Shown here: piece by piece, positions 1 through 7,047 of the stretch
Numbering within the stretch: the stretch's first letter is position 1
Layout of the letters: the number at the start of each line of letters is the position of its first letter
Source of the DNA: Candidatus Aminicenantes bacterium
Lineage (GTDB): Bacteria; Acidobacteriota; Aminicenantia; Aminicenantales; UBA4085
Direction of reading: 5' to 3'
Assembly (NCBI GenBank): GCA_963783665.1
Contig: CAWANZ010000007.1
Location: 156,793 to 220,792, forward strand
DNA length: 64,000 bases
Notes under the pieces: generated by a model
What the model was told of the DNA's origin: nothing
The model's database searches: none
Seen by the model: only the letters and a program-made list of their open reading frames with translations
Translations under genes and position numbers: made by a program

Positions 1-161
1 CCGCTATGGATGCAGAGTTCCTCCAAGTGCATCGTTGGACCGAGATACCAAACCAGGCGGGCCCATCCGGTGGCGGGATCTTCTGTGATCGGCCGGGGAA
101 GGCTTTGAATCACGAAATCAATCGGACGTTGCTTCGGTTGGAGTTGAGGAAACGGTTTCAC
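1..161 (-). CDS. hypothetical protein, N-terminal part only (gene runs off the left edge)
   Basis: A minus-strand frame opens at GTG 161 (MKPFPQLQPKQRPIDFVIQSLPRPITEDPATGWARLVWYLGPTMHLEELCIHS...) with no stop before position 1. It lies 70 nt downstream of the Asn-synthase-like gene, after an AT-rich tract. I recognise no motif, and it is below the ORF-track length cutoff. Confidence 0.25.
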   Translation of the reverse strand, partial: MKPFPQLQPKQRPIDFVIQSLPRPITEDPATGWARLVWYLGPTMHLEELCIHS

Positions 162-230
162 GATGAAAATATATATAAAAGAGAGCCGGCCTGTCCAATC
201 GAACTGCGGACGTCTGGGCTTCTCGCCGCT

Positions 231-2147
231 TCAGCTTTCCATCGAATCCATGATAAACCTGCCGGCCATGATGCCTCGCAACAGGGCCGACGCCGCCCTC
301 CCAGAAGCCCGTGGAGTTGCCTTTTCTCCGAGGTCCCGCCACACCCTCCTCAGGACGCGGCAATCCACGCGGGCGGCAACGGCTTCACGGGATTCCAACA
401 TCTGAAGCTCGTCTTCCATTTCATCCCGGTGGGCCAGAAGCCGCAGGGCTAAATCGGCGGCCTGCTTTCCGCGGACGGCGCTTACCCGCACGTCCTCGGG
501 GAGGATCCCCGCCAAGGAGCGGCGCAGCACCATGCGTTCCCCGCCGTCCCGGTTGGGAAGCTCTTCCGGGAGACCGAAACAATACCTGATCAAACGGACG
601 TCGGCGGTGGGGTCGCGGATTTCCATTCCGAAAAACGCGCCCAGGTGATGATGGATAAAGCCTCCGGGAGCGTTGATCTCGATGATCCGACGCCGTTCCC
701 ATGAGGGGGAGCGGGGAAGGAAGTTGGCCGGTTTGCGCCGGGCGGCTTTCAGGGCTTTCTCCAATCCCACTCTCCGGGCGAAATCCGGATGGATGGAATC
801 GTCCCCGCTGATGAAGGGCCCCGCTCTTCGCCCCGGGCTCAGAAGCGGGCCCAACACCTGGCGGCGGAGCGTGGAAGACCAAGAACCGCTTCGGTATTTT
901 CGGTAAGAACGCAGGGCGCGAAAACCTTCTTCCCAGCGTCCGCGGGCGAAGAGAAAAAGGATCCTGGTGCTTCCGCCGCTCCAAGACACTCCGCCGTTGC
1001 CGAGTTGCCCCGAGAGGAGAACACCGAGTCCCCGCCGCCGGGCCTCATCATGGATTGCCAGGATCCAATAGAGATTGGCTACCGCATGAAGCGGATGACC
1101 GAACATGTCGAAGCCGTCCCGCACCGCCCGGAGAGGGGAGGCCCCCTCTGCCCGAATGGGAATGTGTTCAATGTTCCGGTGTTTTTCGGCCACGGCGTGG
1201 GCCAACGGCCATTCGTCGACCAGCATCCCCGGGGCGAGGTGCGCCGCCGGATATAAGGGGACGGAGGTGAAGGCCGGCAGGGTCTGCCCCCGGGCCGCGA
1301 GAGATTCCGCGGCCAGGGCCGAGACAGAACTCGAATCCAGACCTGAGCTCAATTGGGTTCCAACGGGCCGGCGAGAGTTCAGCCGCACGGTCACGGCCCG
1401 GCGGAAATGGGCCAGGAATCCTTCCAGATAATCGTTATCGGACGCCGCGCGGACGGCCGGGGCGTCGGCGACGTTCCAATATTTCCGGAGACTCAAGGCC
1501 CGGGAATTCAGGATCAAGCTGTGGGCCGGAAGAAGAGAGCGAACGTCTTCCCAGTATGTCCGGGACCATTCGGACTCCTCTCCCTGGAAGAGGGCCAGGT
1601 AGCGGGCGAGCCGCCATTCGTCCATCTTCACGGGAACCTCGGGCAAGGCGAGGATGGCCCGGGGAGTCGAAGCGAAGGCAAAGAACGGAGGCCTGTGGAA
1701 GTAAAAGAGGCCCGTATTGCCCAGATGATCCCGGGCAATGAACATCCGCCGGTTTTTTTCGTCCCAGACGGCAAAAGCCCAGTCGCCAAAGAGATGGGCC
1801 GGGGCATCTTCACTCCAGCGTTCGTAGGCTTTCAGGACCAGCTGTCCATCTGAGAGCGTCGCCTGCTTCGAAAGGGGAATTCCGAATAAATCAGCTAATT
1901 CATCGCGGTTGTCGAGACGGGCGGCCGCCGTGAAAAGCATCCCCGTGCTTCGATCGGTCCAGGGCATCGCTTCATGTTCGGACTCAGGAGTGACGATCAA
2001 ATGGGCGTGACCCAAGCCCACGCAACCCGAACAGCTCGTATGGATTCCATCAGGCCCCCATGTGGTCATCCGGCCGGCCATGATCCGTAGAGAGTCGGGA
2101 GAAGCGGGGCGGCCGTCCAGATGAATAACACCAAAAATCGCGCTCAT
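231..2147 (-). CDS. asparagine synthase family protein lacking the N-terminal Cys nucleophile (candidate lasso-peptide-type cyclase or other ATP-dependent amide ligase)
   Basis: The ORF spans 231..2183 (650 aa); the likely start is ATG 2147 (MSAIFGVIHLDGRP...). The N-terminal region resembles a class-II amidotransferase but has Ser-Ala where true AsnB has Cys-Gly. A central PP-loop is present (QLSSGLDSSSVSA, SGGxDS type). The C-terminal half is AsnB-like. A TATAAT hexamer lies on the minus strand at 2189-2194. Confidence 0.8.
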   Translation of the reverse strand: MSAIFGVIHLDGRPASPDSLRIMAGRMTTWGPDGIHTSCSGCVGLGHAHLIVTPESEHEAMPWTDRSTGMLFTAAARLDNRDELADLFGIPLSKQATLSDGQLVLKAYERWSEDAPAHLFGDWAFAVWDEKNRRMFIARDHLGNTGLFYFHRPPFFAFASTPRAILALPEVPVKMDEWRLARYLALFQGEESEWSRTYWEDVRSLLPAHSLILNSRALSLRKYWNVADAPAVRAASDNDYLEGFLAHFRRAVTVRLNSRRPVGTQLSSGLDSSSVSALAAESLAARGQTLPAFTSVPLYPAAHLAPGMLVDEWPLAHAVAEKHRNIEHIPIRAEGASPLRAVRDGFDMFGHPLHAVANLYWILAIHDEARRRGLGVLLSGQLGNGGVSWSGGSTRILFLFARGRWEEGFRALRSYRKYRSGSWSSTLRRQVLGPLLSPGRRAGPFISGDDSIHPDFARRVGLEKALKAARRKPANFLPRSPSWERRRIIEINAPGGFIHHHLGAFFGMEIRDPTADVRLIRYCFGLPEELPNRDGGERMVLRRSLAGILPEDVRVSAVRGKQAADLALRLLAHRDEMEDELQMLESREAVAARVDCRVLRRVWRDLGEKATPRASGRAASALLRGIMAGRFIMDSMES

Positions 2148-2392
2148 TTCCGGCCCGCTCGGGCGAGTCATCCTCGACATCATATTCGATTATACAATTT
2201 TTTATGGGGAGATAGAGCGGCAATCCCGGTGTGTTGATGAAAATGGTGCGGGGCTTGTCGCCCGGCAGTTTGACGCTGCGGATGTCTCGCCGTATTATCT
2301 GGCCCGAAACCTCCTCCGCGACGGCCGGGCCCTCCTGGATGAAGTGCTCTATGACGCCAAGAAGCTTCTGGGGCCGTTGCCAAAATACGCCC

Positions 2393-2488
2393 CCGAGCGC
2401 GAATACTTGCAGGCAATTCAACATTGTTTCCGGCGAATTCGGGTCTTCGACTTCGCTTCTGGCGATCTCCGAGATCGAGCGCAGCACG
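2393..2488 (-). pseudogene. ecsC gene fragment (duplicate of 3297-3392)
   Basis: 96 bp in direct orientation, differing from 3297..3392 at 3 positions by hand alignment. It encodes MLRSISEIARSEVEDPNSPETMLNCLQVFALGG, matching an internal stretch of the intact EcsC protein. Homology stops abruptly at both ends. Confidence 0.8.
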
Positions 2489-2489
2489 C

Positions 2490-2831
2490 GACCTGTCGGA
2501 AATCGACCTGCGCACCTATGTCCAGAGTTTGGCCGCCCAACTTTTCCAAGCCTATCTGGTCGATGTTAATCAAGTTCGGATGGAAACGGATTTCGAGGAG
2601 GTCTGTGTGGGCCTCAACTCGGCCGTCCCGTGCGGGCTGATTCTCAATGAATTGATTTCCAACTCCCTCAAGCACGCGTTTCCGGAGGGCAGAAAAGGGA
2701 TGAAAGCATCGGTCTTCAAATAGCGAAATTGCTCGTCAGCACAGCTCGAAGGGACGATCAAACGCGACCGGACAAATGGGACGGCCTTTACCGTGACGTT
2801 CTGTGAAATGAAAGACGCCCCGCGACCCTGA
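2490..2831 (+). pseudogene. sensor histidine kinase remnant (ATPase-domain N-box and C-terminal end only)
   Basis: The frame reads ..DLSEIDLRTYVQSLAAQLFQAY..VPCGLILNELISNSLKHAFPEGRKG (N-box). An in-frame TAG follows at 2721. The same frame then reads ..SSAQLEGTIKRDRTNGTAFTVTF, a typical kinase C-terminal end. The H-box region and the G1/G2 boxes are absent. The 5' end is cut by the ecsC fragment. Confidence 0.65.
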
Positions 2832-2923
2832 GCGGATTTAAGGCCGGCGTTTGTGAAACATTTGGAGCCTTCAGCGCAGTACTAAAACCTGATAATCCCT
2901 GTTTCCCTTTAAGCTCGAATATC

Positions 2924-3793
2924 CTAAGTTAAGCGAGTTTTAGTCCTTATTTTTTGATATTCCTCTTCTATCAATTCAGCGCCGTATCGTCTCTCCAACC
3001 TGCGGACCGCAAAATGACCTTGGGCAATACTTTGAAAATGATCCATGAAGATGGTATTGATGAGCGCCCCCCCTATGGCGCCCACGGCCGGAACGGCCAT
3101 GGCCGCGATTTCTTCCGACACGACAACACCAAAGCGAGAAGCGATGGTGGAGATCATTCTGGCCAAGATAGGAGCGCCTTTTGTCGCCAAGCCCTTCTCG
3201 GATAGATATTTCGCCGCCTCCGAGACCGCCTTGGACAAGACCGTTCGAACGGCATAATATCCGCTTTCCGCCGCATCATCTTCCTTGGATCGCCCACCGA
3301 GGGCGAATACTTGCAGGCAATTCAACATTGTTTCCGGCGAATTCGGGTCTTCGCCTTCGCTTCTGGCGATCTCCGAGATCGAGCGCAGCATGATGATCGT
3401 CGATATCGGCAATTCGATCGGGAGCGCCGCCAATCCGAAAGCGCCGCCCGTTGCGCCGGAGGTCATCACGGCGATCTTGTGGATCACCCTTGAATGCCGA
3501 TATCGGCGTTTGCCCCGCATCGTCGCCACCGCAAAAGACAGGGCTTTCTCGATAGATTTTCGGGTCGCCGCCTGGACGACTCCCGCCAACTTGCGCGGCA
3601 ACTTGTCCAAACCCTTTTTAAGCGGCCAGGCCAGGGTGTCGGTCAATTTCACGGCCAGGCTGGGATGCTCCAATCGTCTTTTGGCAACTCCCAATGCTTC
3701 GATATCCTCGGGAGTGAGTTTCATGCGTTTTTCGGACAGCACGGGACAGGCCGCATCGCCTCCAGGTTCGGCTTTCCCCATCATGAAGCTCAT
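2924..3793 (-). CDS. EcsC family protein
   Basis: 289-aa ORF. Its Gly-rich membrane segment and the IIMLRSISEIARSEGEDPNSPETMLNCLQVFALGG block are characteristic of the EcsC family. Confidence 0.8.
   Translation of the reverse strand: MSFMMGKAEPGGDAACPVLSEKRMKLTPEDIEALGVAKRRLEHPSLAVKLTDTLAWPLKKGLDKLPRKLAGVVQAATRKSIEKALSFAVATMRGKRRYRHSRVIHKIAVMTSGATGGAFGLAALPIELPISTIIMLRSISEIARSEGEDPNSPETMLNCLQVFALGGRSKEDDAAESGYYAVRTVLSKAVSEAAKYLSEKGLATKGAPILARMISTIASRFGVVVSEEIAAMAVPAVGAIGGALINTIFMDHFQSIAQGHFAVRRLERRYGAELIEEEYQKIRTKTRLT
3297..3392 (-). repeat. source copy of the 96-bp ecsC repeat (partner at 2393-2488)
   Basis: Direct repeat with an offset of 904 bp and 3 mismatches in 96 by hand alignment. 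It lies inside the intact ecsC CDS. Confidence 0.85.
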
Positions 3794-3937
3794 GATATGC
3801 GCGGCGCGGGACGGGCGTCAATGGCTTGAATTCCCGCGGCTCGGAATCGGGCCCCCGTTTTTTCATTGAGGAGAGGCAGTCATTTTGATAGAATCCGAGT
3901 CGATCCGTTGGTCTCTTTCCAAAGGAGGAGGCATCCG

Positions 3938-4723
3938 ATGGGCAAACTGGGAAAAATTGGGTCCGCGGCAGGCTCCATCCGTTCGATTGTGACCATGGTT
4001 TTTTGGGGCGTGCTTCTCTGCGTACTCGTCGTTCTGGGTTATCAGTTCTTCAAGATGAAGATGCTGGCCGGCTACTACAAGGAAGGCGTCGTCGAGGTCA
4101 CCCGGAAATATCAAAGCGTTCTGGATGAATACAACCGGGCCGTGGACTCGTTCAACGAACTCAAAGCGCATTACAACGAAGTCCTGGCCCGGACCATTAT
4201 TACCGAGCTCAAGGTCGAGAACAACACGTGCTCTGTCATTCTCAAAAACTCGGAGGGCGTCCTGGCCGAGATTCCCGTCGAGGTCAATCTCCGCAAGGAG
4301 GTATTCGTCGATTACATTTATTTCGACAACCGGCTTTTTATTCGCCGCGTGTTCGACTCGGGAACCGCGCCCGAGCTCGCCCCGGACATCCTCGCCCTCC
4401 AAAACGTCAGGGGATTTCTACCGGCGACGATCGATTGGAGAGACCCGAAATTCCGCTCCGGCAAGAGCATCTACCGGAAGCTTACCGACGGGACCTGGAT
4501 GATTACCGTCACGGGCGGCGGGGCCTTGGATATTGACCGGAAGGAGAACCTTCCTCACCTCGAGTTCATCAGCCCGATCGAAGGTTTTCTTCTTAACGAA
4601 TACAAGCCGGAGAACGGCGAACTCTTGCAGAAGGCGTTCGACGAAAAAATCAACAAATTTGCAGGGGAGCTGGGTGTCCTTGATGTCTTCAAATTCGCCC
4701 TCGGCATTTCGGGCGGCAAATAG
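3938..4723 (+). CDS. hypothetical membrane-anchored protein
   Basis: ATG 3938 is preceded by AAAGGAGGAGG. The N-terminal TM segment is IVTMVFWGVLLCVLVVLGYQFF. The remaining roughly 230 aa have no motif I recognise. The track ORF starts earlier, at 3866. Confidence 0.6.
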   Translation: MGKLGKIGSAAGSIRSIVTMVFWGVLLCVLVVLGYQFFKMKMLAGYYKEGVVEVTRKYQSVLDEYNRAVDSFNELKAHYNEVLARTIITELKVENNTCSVILKNSEGVLAEIPVEVNLRKEVFVDYIYFDNRLFIRRVFDSGTAPELAPDILALQNVRGFLPATIDWRDPKFRSGKSIYRKLTDGTWMITVTGGGALDIDRKENLPHLEFISPIEGFLLNEYKPENGELLQKAFDEKINKFAGELGVLDVFKFALGISGGK

Positions 4724-5258
4724 GGACGTAGGGCATTATCCGCAGCCCGTTAAAATCGAATTTGGCGTTATTATATCATGTGCTTGGTGGTTCGGGTCCC
4801 CGTTTCCGTACCAAACACGGAAGCCAATCCCTCCGGTGCCGAAGGTACGGCTCGGGGCGCCGAGTGGGAGAGTGGGAAGTTGCTGGGTTTTTTATTTCTT
4901 CAAAGAATATGCCAAGCTCTCCGGCGTGACTTTTTTGCTTGAGGGCGCCATTTTGATAAACGTCAAGTATTCTTCCCGCCTGGAATTATACTTGTCGCTG
5001 ATCAATGGTGGCCGCTCCGCCGCACTCCTAGAGACAGATGATGTCTCCATGAGTGCGGCCGCGAAGAGAGCGGGGAATATTTTTAATCTTTCGTGATCTT
5101 GGGGAGCGGGAGCCTGTGTGCTTTGGGCCTGCGCGAGAGGAATTTCCGTCTGAAATTGCTTTTCGGGCGTCGATTTTCGTTGTAATTGACATTGCCGCTC
5201 GGCCAGAAGTAAATTGCCCGTGTGGTTAATCGGGGAGATTCATCTGGAGGAGTGAAAA

Positions 5259-6119
5259 ATGAAAACCTTTAAATTTTCCTTACTTTTCTTTTTTTTATGA
5301 TGAATGTATCGGATGTTTTTCTCAGATACAACCAGTTAAAATTGAGCTTTACAGTAAGGGAAGCCTTTTAAATGCATTTTTTTATCAGTGTTCGGCGACG
5401 AAACCTGGTCCGGTCGTAATTCTGCTACATGGCTGGCCGGGGAATGCCGAAAGTCCGTTGGGACTCGCTCCGAAAATATGGGCAGATGGGATAAATGTGT
5501 TGGCATTTAATTTTCGCGGAACCTGGGGCAGCCATGGATATTATTCTAATAAAAATTCCGCGGAGGATATCTCTGAAGCCATTCATTTTCTGAAACAGAA
5601 AAACGTTTCTGAGAAATATGGAATTGATACCTCGCAGATTATCGTTGCGGGTTACAGTCTGGGAGGAGGGGCTGCAATGACGGCTGCCTTGCATTACCCT
5701 GAAGTGAATAAAGTGATATCCATGCGGATCGCGATATTTCGATTTTTAAGGAAGTTGGCGGAGATCAAAAATTCAGAAGCAATTTTGAAGAAAAGACAAG
5801 AAGTCAATCGGGAGAGGGGGGGGTAGCCAAAATCGAAGGTGATCTGTCTGCCTTTGTTGACGATTTGATTAAAAGCGTTGATTATTTTGACCTGGTAAAA
5901 AACGCTGATCTGCTAAAAAGCAAAGAAATTCTTTTCATGGTCGGTTGGGATGACACGACTGGAAAAATGGAAGAAAATGCCTTGCCGTTGTATAGGAAAC
6001 TTAAACAATTGAAGGCTCCCCATGTTTCCATCGCAGCTTTCACCGATGATCACGCATTCACCAATTCCAAGGATGACCTTGCTAAAACAATTACGGAATG
6101 GATTAAAAAGAAAAATTGA
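5259..6119 (+). pseudogene. alpha/beta hydrolase (dienelactone hydrolase / S9-like), interrupted by two frame breaks
   Basis: GGAGG precedes ATG 5259, which opens MKTFKFSLLFFFL then a stop inside a T8 run (5289-5296). The next frame continues ..VVILLHGWPGN..AGYSLGGGAAMTAA (GxSxG nucleophile elbow). A second break occurs near 5718-5721. The last frame ends ..AAFTDDHAF..KKKN (catalytic His region). The gene is much lower in GC than its flanks. Confidence 0.7.
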
Positions 6120-6414
6120 TTATAGCTGAGGTTTAGAGGGATTCTCGATTAGGTGAGGTCAATCAAGCAATGGATTTGTAGATCCAATCTCGTTTTTTGC
6201 CTTCGCTGACCTTGCGCCTCATTAAATAGGATCCGGCCATGAATTGCTTCGCCAGTGGTACGATGTGCCGGAGCAGGTCCGGTGGGCGTCATCATCATGT
6301 TGGGTCGCCGCCAAAGATGTGGAGAGCGCCATGGGACAACAGCCGGGCGGCGTCCTGGGCCATTTCCGCAGCCTAAAATCGAGATTGAGCGTGCGTCGGA
6401 AACGGATTCCCGGC

Positions 6415-6810
6415 TTACTTGATTTTAATAGCGTAGATGTCCAAGCCGGCAGCTGCGGCGACGATATGGCATTTCGTATATACGCCGGTTTCATCTTTCA
6501 TAAATTTGAAATCGAAATGGCCGTTGTTGGCATCCTCGCCTCCGAATTCTTCAAGGGAATCGCCAACCGGCTTGAGCTCGACCGGGTATCCGTCGCCGTC
6601 ATCGGCCCATAAGGCGCCTTGGCGGATGACGATTTCGATGACCGCGTCGGTTCCCTCATAGGAATAACTTCCCAGGATGTTCGCGTATTTTTTTGCCAGG
6701 ATCTCGTCGGTTGTCTGTCCGGCAAAAGCAGGATCGTTCCCGACGGACGAAAAAACCAGGAAAACGGCCGCCGCCGCGACGAAGATTCCAATCGAGCGTT
6801 TCTTTTTCAT
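6415..6810 (-). CDS. hypothetical secreted protein
   Basis: 131-aa ORF with signal peptide MKKKRSIGIFVAAAAVFLVFSSVGNDPAFA. No motif recognised. GC is intermediate. Confidence 0.55.
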   Translation of the reverse strand: MKKKRSIGIFVAAAAVFLVFSSVGNDPAFAGQTTDEILAKKYANILGSYSYEGTDAVIEIVIRQGALWADDGDGYPVELKPVGDSLEEFGGEDANNGHFDFKFMKDETGVYTKCHIVAAAAGLDIYAIKIK

Positions 6811-7047
6811 CGTCCCGTCCTTTCCTAAAGCAAGGATTATATTTCCATAGAGAAATACGTAAACAAATACGGTCGAGTTGCTTCTCTGTAGTCTATATAG
6901 GTCGCTTCTCCCCGAATATCAACATAAAGTGAATATTTCTGATGGGCGATAATCATTTCTCCCGGCCCCGAATTTTATGCGGCCGGATCAAGAAAAAATA
7001 AATTTTATGGACATGATACCAATAATGTCTGCGAAGCGTATACATAT

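Noticed and set aside
2184-2392. I searched for a lasso-type precursor peptide ORF immediately upstream of the AsnB-like gene, on the minus strand in all frames.
   Set aside because: There is no short ORF with a start codon and a leader/core pattern. The only open minus frame lacks a Met and runs in from the ecsC fragment.
4798-4857. A nested hairpin (CCCCG/CGGGG plus CCGTACC/GGTACGG) downstream of gene 3938..4723, considered as an sRNA or terminator.
   Set aside because: The T-run (from 4888) is about 30 nt away from the stem, so this is not a canonical terminator. There is no other support for a structured RNA. I left it unannotated.
4892-5050. A 52-aa minus-strand ORF (METSSVSRSAAERPPLISDKYNSRREEYLTFIKMAPSSKKVTPESLAYSLKK) at the left border of the low-GC island. 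The frame stays open further upstream, without a start codon.
   Set aside because: It has no ribosome-binding site and no recognisable motif. It could be a remnant of a larger gene, but there is not enough evidence to call it.
6222-6414. A possible tyrosine-recombinase C-terminal remnant next to the low-GC island (..LLSHGALHI.. resembles the LLGH box).
   Set aside because: When I retranslated it, the Arg-containing segment I had paired with it lies in a different frame. No R..HxxR..Y pattern survives.
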